50,602 bases of DNA from IMG/VR virus record IMGVR_UViG_3300027747_000206, positions 1 through 50,602 of that record, one strand, 5' to 3'. The translations under genes were made by a program, and so were the position numbers. Positions within the stretch are counted from its first letter, which is position 1; every line of letters begins with the position of its first letter. The stretch is from a virus. Lineage: Duplodnaviria; Caudoviricetes. The notes beneath the pieces are model-generated. The model had not been told where the DNA came from. It ran no database searches and saw nothing but the letters and a program-made list of their open reading frames with translations. Of this stretch, positions 27,121-37,400 are shown one piece after another.

Positions 27121-27277
27121 CAGAACTTTTTACGAAGATTTTAAAGAGATTTTTAACGAGCAAGACGACATCGAAGCAGACTTATGGGAGATAGAAGCAA
27201 GAGCCAAAAACTTACCACCAAAAGAACTTGAACAAGTAATCAAATTTTTAACACAACTTCAGAAAGATATATCATGA
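27113..27277 (+). CDS. Hypothetical acidic protein (54 aa)
   Basis: Hand-translated MSNRTFYEDF...QKDIS; AAGGAG RBS; ATGA overlap with the next gene. Confidence 0.6.
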   Translation: MSNRTFYEDFKEIFNEQDDIEADLWEIEARAKNLPPKELEQVIKFLTQLQKDIS

Positions 27278-27906
27278 ATTTTTATGTAGAAAGCAATCAA
27301 GAACGTACCTTTAAAAACGTACCTGCAGGGTCACATTTGGCTCGTTGTTACAGAATTATTGACCTTGGCTCACAGAAGTCTGAGTACATGGGAGAGATCA
27401 AAGTCCAACGCAAGATTATGGTTGGTTGGGAACTCTTTGGAGAAGATGACGAGGGACTTCCCTTGATCACTGATGATGGCAAACCCATGGCTATCTTTAA
27501 GAACTATACCCTATCTTGGGCAGAGAATGCTACCCTCAGGAAAGACTTACAGTCTTGGAGGAACAAACCTTGGACAGACTCCGAAGCTAAACGCTTTGAC
27601 CTCAAGTCCATCCTCAATCAATACGGTATGCTCAATGTGATCCATAGGGACGTAAATGGAAAAGTGTATGCCAATGTATCTACCATCTCTCCTGTGCCAT
27701 CTATGATCAAACAGGCAGGGCTTCCTAAGCCTGTGAACGCCAATCAGATCTTTACACTAGCAGATCCTGATATGGTGCTATTTGAGACTTTTAGCAAGGG
27801 TCTAAAGGACAAGATTATGGGTAGCCCTGAGTGGGCAATGTATGCAGGAAAAGGAGTTGTTAAATCTTCTCCTTTGGCAGACATAGACGATGACTTGCCT
27901 TTTTAA
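27274..27906 (+). CDS. Putative single-stranded DNA-binding protein
   Basis: PAGSHLARCYRIIDLG N-terminus and SSB-type acidic tail DDDLPF. Confidence 0.65.
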   Translation: MNFYVESNQERTFKNVPAGSHLARCYRIIDLGSQKSEYMGEIKVQRKIMVGWELFGEDDEGLPLITDDGKPMAIFKNYTLSWAENATLRKDLQSWRNKPWTDSEAKRFDLKSILNQYGMLNVIHRDVNGKVYANVSTISPVPSMIKQAGLPKPVNANQIFTLADPDMVLFETFSKGLKDKIMGSPEWAMYAGKGVVKSSPLADIDDDLPF

Positions 27907-27908
27907 TC

Positions 27909-28277
27909 ATGGATCATTTACTTCACATTATCAAAGAAAACAGACATTTGTTTTCAGATGAGTTTGTAGAGTGGATTCAAAAAAATGAACACGTTTGGAA
28001 CGCTTTTTGTAACGAAGCAATCAAAATTCACAATAAAGGTTTCAAACACTACTCAGCAAGAACAATACTTCATGTATTGAGACATCATTCAGCTATTAGC
28101 GAAAATGGAACGGAATGGAAAATTAGTGACCATTCTTCTCCTTATTTGGCAAGACTTTTTGACCTTTGTTATCCAGAAAAAGCTGGATTATGGTCTTTTA
28201 AACTTTGCAAAACAGCTAAAAAAGATGCCTACGTTAGAGAATACGGATCACTTTTTAAGGAACAACATGATAGTTAG
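27909..28277 (+). CDS. Hypothetical phage protein
   Basis: YSARTILHVLRHHS...PYLARLF motif. Confidence 0.65.
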   Translation: MDHLLHIIKENRHLFSDEFVEWIQKNEHVWNAFCNEAIKIHNKGFKHYSARTILHVLRHHSAISENGTEWKISDHSSPYLARLFDLCYPEKAGLWSFKLCKTAKKDAYVREYGSLFKEQHDS

Positions 28278-29022
28278 AGCATCAGAATCACAACATTGGT
28301 ATGACAGGGAGGGAAAGCCTGCCTATACCGTAATAGCAAAGAATGGCTCGCCTAGGGCTACCACCCTAAGAGATGCTAGAAAACTTAACTTAGTGCCCTC
28401 AGTGACTACAGTCTTGGCTGTAGCCTCACGCCCTGCACTGGAGGCTTGGAAGCTCAATCAAATGATGTTGGCTTGCATGACCATTACGAGAGGTCGTGAT
28501 GAGACTGAAAAAGACTTTATCGAGAGAATCGTAAAGGATTCTAAGGAACAGGCAAAGATGGCCTCAGAGCGTGGAACCACCATTCATGGAGCCTTAGAAA
28601 GCTTCTACGAAGGGATCATGCTTGCAGAGTTTATGGACTATCAGGCAGGGGTAGACAAGGCTGTCAGGGCGCATTTTGGGTCTCCTGAGTGGTCTACAGA
28701 AAAGTCTTTCTGCCATGAGGCAGGATTTGGAGGAAAGGTCGATCTCCACACCAAAGATGGTGACGGAATTGTAATTGACTTCAAAACAAAAGAGTTTGTC
28801 GATCCATCAAAAGTGGAGGCGTATGACGAGCAGTTACTCCAGTTGTCAGCCTACAGGCTAGGACTTGGATTACCTAAAGCTAGATGTGCAAATGTCTTTG
28901 TATCAGTCATTGATCAAGGGCTTTGCAAGATAGTGGAATGGTCAGAAGAAGATTTAAAGAGGGGTGAGCAAATGTTTCTCTCTTTATTGAACTATTGGCA
29001 ACTTAAAAATCAACACAAGTAA
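28267..29022 (+). CDS. PD-(D/E)XK exonuclease
   Basis: PSVTTVL, RGTTIH, E...GKVD...IDFKT, QLSAY; start moved to MIVRASE. Confidence 0.85.
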   Translation: MIVRASESQHWYDREGKPAYTVIAKNGSPRATTLRDARKLNLVPSVTTVLAVASRPALEAWKLNQMMLACMTITRGRDETEKDFIERIVKDSKEQAKMASERGTTIHGALESFYEGIMLAEFMDYQAGVDKAVRAHFGSPEWSTEKSFCHEAGFGGKVDLHTKDGDGIVIDFKTKEFVDPSKVEAYDEQLLQLSAYRLGLGLPKARCANVFVSVIDQGLCKIVEWSEEDLKRGEQMFLSLLNYWQLKNQHK

Positions 29023-29030
29023 GGATCAAA

Positions 29031-29369
29031 ATGGAAAAAAAAGTTGAATTGTATTTTACTGTCGCAGAAACAATGTACATAAAAAAAGCAATTGAAGAAA
29101 ACAATAAAGACATAATTGACTACATTGATGAATGCATCGAACTAACAAAATCTGAAATTGAATTCATAGAAACAGCAGAAGATAGACAGATAGAAAACCT
29201 TCGAGAGGCTAACAAAACTCTTTTAGAGACAATTGACATCTATAAACAAAGAGAATTAGAAATTCGAGATGTTGAGATAGATCAGTTTCAAGCAGATCTT
29301 AGAGATATGATTGCAAAACACAAACCACGCAAAGTAAGCAGACCAAAAGGAAGTAAAAATGCAAAATAA
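29031..29369 (+). CDS. Hypothetical protein
   Basis: AAGGA RBS; C-terminal RPKGSKN. Confidence 0.6.
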   Translation: MEKKVELYFTVAETMYIKKAIEENNKDIIDYIDECIELTKSEIEFIETAEDRQIENLREANKTLLETIDIYKQRELEIRDVEIDQFQADLRDMIAKHKPRKVSRPKGSKNAK

Positions 29370-29589
29370 ATATGTAAGTGAAGAAGACATCAAACAAGTC
29401 TTTTTTCAATCAAAAATGGACAATGTAGAAGGTTACGACTTTGACGAGTTGTTGGATTTTGCAGACAAAGTGATCATGTTTGCGTCTTTTAACATTGCCA
29501 GAGTTGAGAGGGATATGTGTATTGGCTTTGTTAAGACTCTTAATGTTGAAGTAGCTCAAGCTCTTAAAGACAAAAGGGGTAACCTTTGA
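29359..29589 (+). CDS. Hypothetical protein
   Basis: Overlapping operon packing. Confidence 0.6.
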   Translation: MQNKYVSEEDIKQVFFQSKMDNVEGYDFDELLDFADKVIMFASFNIARVERDMCIGFVKTLNVEVAQALKDKRGNL

Positions 29590-29801
29590 CTCCAAAAGAG
29601 TTTGTTGTGGAGCTAATAGGGGAGGAATGGGAAGGAACACTTCCAAGCCTACTGGTACACATTCAAAGGTCTTTGGAGGATGCTCATAGGTATAGGACGG
29701 TTAGAGACTTTGCAAAGAAATTAACTTTTAATGAGCATCCTAGAGAAAGGTCAGAGTTTGATGCATTTGACGATCTTGTAGATGCTCAAGGAAATGGATA
29801 A
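29586..29801 (+). CDS. Hypothetical protein
   Basis: TTG start overlapping the upstream stop; ends at a terminator. Confidence 0.55.
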   Translation: MTPKEFVVELIGEEWEGTLPSLLVHIQRSLEDAHRYRTVRDFAKKLTFNEHPRERSEFDAFDDLVDAQGNG

Positions 29802-29824
29802 AAAAAGGGGGGCACACGCCCCCC
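29800..29824 (-). terminator. Intrinsic terminator at the early/late convergence
   Basis: G6C-ACAC-GC6 hairpin with an A7 run on + (U tract on -). Confidence 0.8.
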
Positions 29825-29855
29825 AAAGTTCCTTTGCAATGGCAACTACAAGGAA

Positions 29856-31622
29856 TTATCTAGAAGGGACATTGATTGTCCCTAAGTCTGTTAAATCAGG
29901 CTGTGCATTGCTCATACCAGTTAAGGCAGACAATCCACTAGATGCATAAGGTTGGGCATTCTTAACAAATTGTGGCCTTGGTGAAGTAACTACATTAGAT
30001 AATAGTTTTCTAGAAACTGGATTGTACATAGAACCAGTTAATGCCAAAGGCATACCCAATCCTGCAACTGTGTTACTTAGCCCCTCTACAGCAGTTCCTC
30101 CCACAAGCTTACCCATACCTTGCCCAGTCATTAAACGCTGTGCTGTAAAGCTATCAGGCAATGTTGGGCCAAGTACATTCTTAATGTTTTCTGCTTGTGG
30201 CTCCATCAGGCCAGTTCTGGTGGCTTGTTGGGCGTTTGTGCCCATCTTGTGGGTAGAGGAGGCAAACTGAGATGGAGTAAATACGCTTCCTTCTGCCCCC
30301 AACTTTCTAGCAGAATCTTCTATTCTTAAATACCTTTTGAAGAACTCGTGGATGCCTTTAAGTTCTTTGGCATGAGCAGGGTTGACATTAGCTAATTCAT
30401 CCCTCAAACCCTCTTGAAATGCCCTTACAGCTTTACCAAGCCTTCTATTTTGTGCGTCACTACCACTCATTAAGTCTTTAGCTAATGTGCCTAAATCACT
30501 CTCAGCATCCCTGAATTGTTGGCCTGTTAATTTGTAATTTCCTTGAAGCAAAGGCGTATAAAAATTGTCTTTAATAATAGAAGCAAATTCTTCTTTTTTA
30601 TCAGGATGTAAACCCCTCAAAGCATTTACTTCAACACTTGCTAAATTAGACAGGGTATTTGGTTTAGGCGTAAAGTCAATCTTATTGGCTATGTTAGTGT
30701 AAGAGTTGTTAACCTTGTTATTTAAGAAAGACATCATCTCTGTGCCTGCCTCAATACCTTTTGGCAACTGTTCGCCAATGTGCTTTAAGGCTTCGTTAGC
30801 AACAGCTTTGTTCATGCTCTTGTTGACGCTCTCAAGCTCGTTACGAATCAGCATACCTGATATGGGCATACTGGTAGCAAGCTTCTCGGTATTTTGAAGA
30901 GCTTTGCCAATGAAGGGGATCTGCCCTGCGAGTTGCCCCGGGGTAAACTCCTTGATCCCCATATCAATCAACTTCTGCATCTCAGGCGTAACCTTGGGAT
31001 TCATCAACATCTGCGTACCCTTACCTACAAGGGCACCTCCTGCAGTCGAGGCCAATGTAGCAGGAACTTTCTCTTCTAAGAACTCACCATAACTATCTGT
31101 AGGTTTTGTAGGTGTTAAAAGACCAGAAGTCAATCCACCAATGCCAGATTTGAATAACTCTGACTTACCTAAAGCACTTGGTATCTTGCCTGCCATTTGA
31201 TAAGCTTTCATGGCTAAAGGGCCAACCATAGCACCCTCACCCATCAAAGAACCTGCTGTAGATACTGCAGGATAGGATATATCAGATGCGTGTTGTCTAA
31301 GCCTTTGCACTATGTCAGCAGGAGCCTGTACATTGGCAAATTGAGCAAGTGCGGCAGGGGCAGACATCAATCCTGCAAGAGCAGACTCAGCCACAGCTTG
31401 AGGCATATTGGCAGAACGCTCAGTGTCTTGCAATTGCCTACGACCAGTCATCTGTGGGAAGACACCAGTGGCGGCTCCTCCACTTGTGTCAGTGGGAGCT
31501 TTTTGTGCCATGTATTGCTCACGAGCAACATTCTCTATTTGCTCAGGCGTAGCACCCTCAGGGCCTTGTATCGTTAAGATAGAACCATCAGGAGTTTGTA
31601 CTTTGTAGATTGCATCAGCCAT
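29856..31622 (-). CDS. Internal virion / DNA ejection protein
   Basis: YKVQTPDG..LTIQGPEGAT N-terminus; Gly/Ala hydrophobic helices; last gene of the tail operon. Confidence 0.65.
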   Translation of the reverse strand: MADAIYKVQTPDGSILTIQGPEGATPEQIENVAREQYMAQKAPTDTSGGAATGVFPQMTGRRQLQDTERSANMPQAVAESALAGLMSAPAALAQFANVQAPADIVQRLRQHASDISYPAVSTAGSLMGEGAMVGPLAMKAYQMAGKIPSALGKSELFKSGIGGLTSGLLTPTKPTDSYGEFLEEKVPATLASTAGGALVGKGTQMLMNPKVTPEMQKLIDMGIKEFTPGQLAGQIPFIGKALQNTEKLATSMPISGMLIRNELESVNKSMNKAVANEALKHIGEQLPKGIEAGTEMMSFLNNKVNNSYTNIANKIDFTPKPNTLSNLASVEVNALRGLHPDKKEEFASIIKDNFYTPLLQGNYKLTGQQFRDAESDLGTLAKDLMSGSDAQNRRLGKAVRAFQEGLRDELANVNPAHAKELKGIHEFFKRYLRIEDSARKLGAEGSVFTPSQFASSTHKMGTNAQQATRTGLMEPQAENIKNVLGPTLPDSFTAQRLMTGQGMGKLVGGTAVEGLSNTVAGLGMPLALTGSMYNPVSRKLLSNVVTSPRPQFVKNAQPYASSGLSALTGMSNAQPDLTDLGTINVPSR

Positions 31623-33295
31623 TATTTAGCCTTTTCAACACCAATGATTTTGAATCCACCTATTTGGGGCATAGGAGATGGTGTAGGAGTTTGAGAAGAA
31701 GTTGATGAACCTTTTAATAATTCATCTGGCTCAAGGAAAACTGGCTTTTCACCCCTACTCTGTCTATTGATATTTTCAATACCATTTCTTACATAACGAT
31801 CAATCATGTTTAGAGATGCATCAAAAGCTTTTTTGGATCCTTGTGGATCAAGAGTAGTTATTAAGTTGGTAATCTTAGAACCTTCAGCATTAGACAAAGC
31901 TCCAAAACCTTTCATGCTTTGAATGTTTGCAATAAAACTTGCAGATTTTAAACTTTCAAGTTGATTTGCAAAGTCTCTAGCTTCCAATGTAGGAATTTTA
32001 GACAAAACACCACCAAGAACAGGGAACGTACCAGTAGAACGGCCGGGGTGATTTCTCAAACTTTCAGCCTTGAAAGCTAAATCTTTCAAAGGCGTTTCTT
32101 GTGCTCTAAGTTTTTCCAGTCTATCGGTTTCTTTCAAATCTTTCTTTTCTTTAGCTTCTTCAATCTTTCTATCAATTTCAGATTGTTTCAATTGATTTGC
32201 AAAAGCGTGTTGTGATTGAGCTATAGCCTGATTGGTCGTTGCGATCATCATGGCGTTAGCCATTTGAGCGTTTCTGTCCAAGTGCTGTTGCATTTGTTGG
32301 TTGAGTTCGGTGGCTTTCTTAGCCGCAGTCTCTGGATCCATGGATGGTGCAAGCTTGGAGTAATGGTCAATCAAACCCTTATATCCCTCACCTTGTTTGC
32401 CTAGCATTTCAGCAGTCAACTTCAAGGTGTCAAATGGGTTGGACGTATCCCCCATTTCACCTATCATTCCACTTGCTCTCATTTTTTTGATAGCATCTGC
32501 AAGTTTTTCAGAAGCACCTAATGGATCTCCAGTTAGCTTGACATACTCACCAAACTTAGCAGGGTTGATCTTGAACTTGGCTTCTACAGTGCCATCAGGC
32601 TTAATATATTGTGTGGTTGTAATCAATTGATTACCAACTGTTGACAATGCTTCTTGTTTTTGTTCTGCAATCAATTGTTGCAAGAACTTTGGATCTTTAG
32701 TAATAGAGGCTAGTTTCATAGCCATCTCTGGACTCATCCTCAGACCTTTGGGAGTCTGCTGATACAAGTTGCCCATAGTTTCTTCAATGTCTTTTTCACG
32801 CTGACGCTCAGATCCTTGACGAGCTAACGCCATCCTAGCTTGTAGATTAGTTACATTTTCTCTAGCTTCTTGATCTTGAGATTTTCCAACTTCTTCAGCT
32901 ACGTTACCTAAAGATTCAAAAAAACTACCTGTCTTAGTTGGTCTAAAGAAGCCTCTAGATAAAGCCAAACCCATGTTGCTAAAGGGTTGTTTTTGCTCTA
33001 AAGACTTAGACAGTAATTGTTCAGCTTCATCATATATTTGATCATACTTGTTCTTGTATGGCTCGGTTGTTTTCGTAGCCAATGGAGCCAATGGAGTTTC
33101 TACACTTGCTCCACGAGCTTGTTCTTGAACAGGAGGTGCAGGAGGAGTCAAAGGTGCATACTGACCTGATTGAGCAGGAGGTTGTCCCATAGGAGGAGCA
33201 CCAGTAACTTGACTCATAATCTCATTTGTAGATAGATAAGTTCTTCTTGGGTCTCCACCACCAATAACGCTAGGATTTAAAGTTGGTAATGCCAT
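31622..33295 (-). CDS. Internal virion / DNA ejection protein
   Basis: Helical, with GFGALSNAEG motif; position in the ejection cluster. Confidence 0.65.
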   Translation of the reverse strand: MALPTLNPSVIGGGDPRRTYLSTNEIMSQVTGAPPMGQPPAQSGQYAPLTPPAPPVQEQARGASVETPLAPLATKTTEPYKNKYDQIYDEAEQLLSKSLEQKQPFSNMGLALSRGFFRPTKTGSFFESLGNVAEEVGKSQDQEARENVTNLQARMALARQGSERQREKDIEETMGNLYQQTPKGLRMSPEMAMKLASITKDPKFLQQLIAEQKQEALSTVGNQLITTTQYIKPDGTVEAKFKINPAKFGEYVKLTGDPLGASEKLADAIKKMRASGMIGEMGDTSNPFDTLKLTAEMLGKQGEGYKGLIDHYSKLAPSMDPETAAKKATELNQQMQQHLDRNAQMANAMMIATTNQAIAQSQHAFANQLKQSEIDRKIEEAKEKKDLKETDRLEKLRAQETPLKDLAFKAESLRNHPGRSTGTFPVLGGVLSKIPTLEARDFANQLESLKSASFIANIQSMKGFGALSNAEGSKITNLITTLDPQGSKKAFDASLNMIDRYVRNGIENINRQSRGEKPVFLEPDELLKGSSTSSQTPTPSPMPQIGGFKIIGVEKAK

Positions 33296-33304
33296 ATTTA
33301 GTCC

Positions 33305-34414
33305 TTAGTCGATCATGCCGGGATTGTTGGGTTTACCAAAATCACCCCAAGATGCTTCAATTTCAGCATTAGTTGGAGAATTGGCATTACTAAATGTGTT
33401 AGAAGTACTTGATCCACCACTGATTGTTCCATCAGAGTTTAAAGTCAAACCACCACCTAAATCAGCACTACCATCAGAGTTAAACTTGAATAGACCACCA
33501 CTGCCAGAGCCACTAAACAAGCTTTTTATGCCACTTACAGCGCTATTGTTACCACCTGCGAATAATGAAGCTAGTCCTGCTATTTGACCTAATGGAGAAG
33601 CCCCATAACTAGATGCAGGGCCAGAGTAGGTTTGAGTCGTTGCTGTAGGTACTGTATAACCCCTAAGAAGTCCTGCCACATTAGTAGCAGTATTCAAAGG
33701 TGCATTGATCAGTGCTTGGTTTTGGGCCTGTGATTGTGCTCCTAAGCTTGCTCCTGCGTTTAATCCCTGAACTGTTGCGCTCTCAAGCCCTGTTCCTAAT
33801 TGACCTTGTACATTAGCTATTTGGCCTTGGTTCTGTTGTTGTTGGAGGGCTTGTGTTACAGCATCTTTGTAGGCTTGAGACATATTGGCAGACTCCTGAG
33901 CACCCAAACCTTGTTGAATGCCTCCAAGGGTCTGCCCAGTAGCATTCATAAGCCTCTGTGAACCTGTACTACCTGAAGATACTCCCATGGCCTGTAAAGC
34001 AGGTAAGATGCTTTGATTAATATTTTGTGCAGTATTTGTCTCTAAATTTCTGTTAACTGCATTAGTGTAAGGGTTCAAAAAGTTATTGATCTGACTAGAA
34101 CCTATGTTTTGAGATGCATTCTGTGCTGTTTGTGCTCCTGCATTTAGTGGATTCAAACCTGCTAGTAATAAATTTTGAGTATTTGCTTGACCTTCGGGAG
34201 TGCCATAAATGTTATTTTGCAACTGAGACAATGGTGCAACATAGGGAGCACCTGCATTTAAATTGCCTTCAAGAGTTTGATTAGGATTTAAAGCACTAGT
34301 TCCTGCAGTACCCAAATTACTCAAAAATCCCAAATACTGGGCAGGAGCTATGGTCTGCGAGGTTTGTGTAGTATTGACATTGGGTGGTGCAATACCTGAA
34401 AATATGTCTGCCAT
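33305..34414 (-). CDS. Internal virion / DNA transfer protein
   Basis: Gln/Gly/Asn-rich; NFLNPY and SPLGQIAGLA motifs. Confidence 0.65.
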   Translation of the reverse strand: MADIFSGIAPPNVNTTQTSQTIAPAQYLGFLSNLGTAGTSALNPNQTLEGNLNAGAPYVAPLSQLQNNIYGTPEGQANTQNLLLAGLNPLNAGAQTAQNASQNIGSSQINNFLNPYTNAVNRNLETNTAQNINQSILPALQAMGVSSGSTGSQRLMNATGQTLGGIQQGLGAQESANMSQAYKDAVTQALQQQQNQGQIANVQGQLGTGLESATVQGLNAGASLGAQSQAQNQALINAPLNTATNVAGLLRGYTVPTATTQTYSGPASSYGASPLGQIAGLASLFAGGNNSAVSGIKSLFSGSGSGGLFKFNSDGSADLGGGLTLNSDGTISGGSSTSNTFSNANSPTNAEIEASWGDFGKPNNPGMID

Positions 34415-37400
34415 TACTTTTTCCTACCTTTCAGATAGTCTAGAGGGGATTTTAATGCATTTGGTGGCAAATCGCTAGGGTGAGCTTTTCTAGCCCTAGC
34501 CCTAATGGAATGCATCATTTCGTACAGTTTGTCAGTCCCTGCCTTGGTAGAGCCATTTCCTAAGGCTGAGACCACGTCTGCAGGGAATACAAACTCTCCA
34601 TCAGCCAACATAGCAGGAATATCGTCAGAAGTACCATCGCCTTCTCCTGCTACATGGGCACCTTGCCTAAAGTCGTGTCTATTGTTAACAACAGGCAACG
34701 CTCCACCAGAAAGATGGGCTAAAGGTTTTACATGACCACCAGTTTTATAAGTTTGACCTGTCATATCTTTTAAAGATAAAACATCTTCTACAGACTGAGG
34801 CTCTTGACCATACCTATAGTAACCAGAGTCTTGAGGAGCACTTCTTTGTTGAAGAATGCTTGCTAATCGTGGATCAATCATAGATTTCTCGCTTTGCTGT
34901 GATTCTCTAGCCAAGGCTTCTAGTTTAGCCAATGGATCTTGAAATGCTTTCTTTGTCATGTAAGTCTTGAGTAAGGACTCAACGATTGGATTGGGAATGT
35001 GCCCCGGCCCACCCTGAGGAATGTATGGGGAAACTGTACTTGGCTGTGTTTTTGTTGTTGTAGGAGTAGGTGTCGGAGTAGGTGTTGGAGTAGGGCTAGG
35101 AGTAGGCGTAGGCTTTACTGGAGGCTTTGGAGGCTCAGATGGAGGCTTAGGTGGCTCCACAGGAGGCTTGGGTGGTTCTACTGGAGGTTTAGGAGGCTCT
35201 ACTGGGGGTTTAGGAGGTTCTACTGGGGGCTTGGGAGGTTCTACAGGAGGTTTGGGAGGCGTGACCACTACTGTAGGTGGATCAATAATTTCACCAGTCT
35301 TTAAGTCTATAACAGTAGTTGTCGTTGTATTGGTAACAGGATCTACAACAATTTCAGTTTTAGTGTTTGTTGTTGGATCAGTAATTGTTTTTGTTTGTTC
35401 GTTTGTCTGATTGTTTATTACTGTTTTTTCAACAATATTTGTTTTTGTATCAGTTTTAGTCTCTGTTTTAGTATCAGGATTGGTTACGACTTCAGTTTTA
35501 GTGTTTGTTGTTGGATCAGTAATTGTTTTTGTTTGTTCGTTTGTCTGATTGTTTATTACTGTTTTTTCAACAATATTTGTTTTTGTATCAGTTTTAGTTT
35601 CTGTTTTGGTATCAGGATTGGTTACGACTTCAGTCTTGGTATTTGTTTTAGGGTCATTAACAACTTCTGTTTTAGTGTTTGTTTTAGGATCTACAACAGT
35701 CTTGGTCTCAACTTTGGTATTTGGGTTGGTAACTGTTTGAGTTTGAACTTGTGTATTAGGATCAGTTGTAACTTCAGTTTGTACTTTGGTTTCAGGATCA
35801 ATCTGAGTTTCAGTTTTTACTTGTGTCTCAGGATCAACATGAGTCTCGGTGGCTATATCAGGGTTAAAAGATGGAGCTAAAGCCAAAGACCCAATTGTGG
35901 GGGCTTGATTTGTTGTTTGAACAGTAGGAGTAATGTTTACAACATTTTGGCTAGTGTCGTTGGCTGACATACCACCATTGACTTTAGAAACATTGCCTAC
36001 ATTGGTAATCGTTGGAGCAGTAACAGGTGTATTGGTTTGATCGTTTGTGGCTACATAGTTAGAACCACCCTGACCTATTGCATTAGCACCACCCACCATG
36101 GCATGAGCACCACCTACGGTCAAAATAGTTTGTACAGCAGTGTCTTTAACAGCTTTTAAATAATCTTCTAAGCTTGCATCTTGGTGTAACCCAATACCCT
36201 TAATCTTATCTACACCAAATTGCATGGCAGTCGTAACTTGTTCTGCTAATTGTTCATTGGCTTGAATACCAACAAAGCTTTTTACAGCATTGATCATGTC
36301 TGCAGTTGAGGCAGTAGCAGGTAGGCTTTTCAGAAGCTTGCTCATCCCCGGCACTCCTATCGCCTCCCCTATCATCTCTGCTGAAGACATTAACGTAGTG
36401 CGAATAGCGTTCTGAGTGTTATCTAAACCTGCTTTAGCACCCTCCACCCATGAATTATTGGCAACAATAGCACCCATGGTAGGGACTGCGGCCAAGGGGC
36501 CTCCCACCATTGCAGAGCCAACAGACTCAATGGTGGATGCAATAGCTCCTGCTACATTCTTTTCTTGACCAACAAGCTTGTTCATACCTGTTGATGCAGA
36601 ATTAGCTAAAAGGTCTTGTACTTTGTTCAATCCACTAGTATCAAATCCTAAAGTACTGCCTAATAATTGAGCACCTCTAACACCTAAACCTGCAATATCA
36701 GAACCTGCTTGACTAAATCCTGCCTTAATTACATTCAAAGGATTGGTCTGATCAGATTCTTTTAAGGTATCACCTGTATTAATGTTATATATTGCTTGAC
36801 CAGTCAATGGGTCTGTAGTATTGCCTAAATTCTTAATTAACTCTTTATTAGCTTGGTCACTAGCATTTAAAACAGCTTGATTGGTATCAAATCCAGAATA
36901 TCTAACTGAACGAGGGTCAAGGCTACTTATGCCTGCTTTAGGGCCTGTGTTAGTGTCCCATTCACTAATCATGCCTGCTTTAGGGCCTGCATTGGTATCC
37001 CACTCACTAACTGGTTTAGTTGCCTTTGGAGTTACTTTTGTAACTGTAGGAGTTGTAGCAGATAAAACATCTTTTTCTGTTGGGCTAGGAGGGCTTATTG
37101 TATAAGTGTCTCCATTCCATGTAAATTGATGGTAACCTGCATTGTCAGCAACTTTAGATGCATCATCAAGAGTTTTGCTTTTAGTTGCATCAAATACTTG
37201 ACTGCTAAGAATATCTTTTGTTATTGCATCATTAACTACATTTTCTGTTGGGCTTGTAGGATTGGATGTATAAGTTTTTCCACCAAATGTAAATTTGTTA
37301 TATCCTGCATCATCTGCCATTTTTTGTGCAGACATTACATCAGAAGCTTCCGATGCATCAAATGTATTTTGCTGATTAATTGTGTTATTAATAGCAGAGT

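Noticed and set aside
28267-29022. Cas4 / CRISPR association of the exonuclease
   Set aside because: No four-Cys Fe-S pattern and no CRISPR context; an ordinary phage recombination nuclease.
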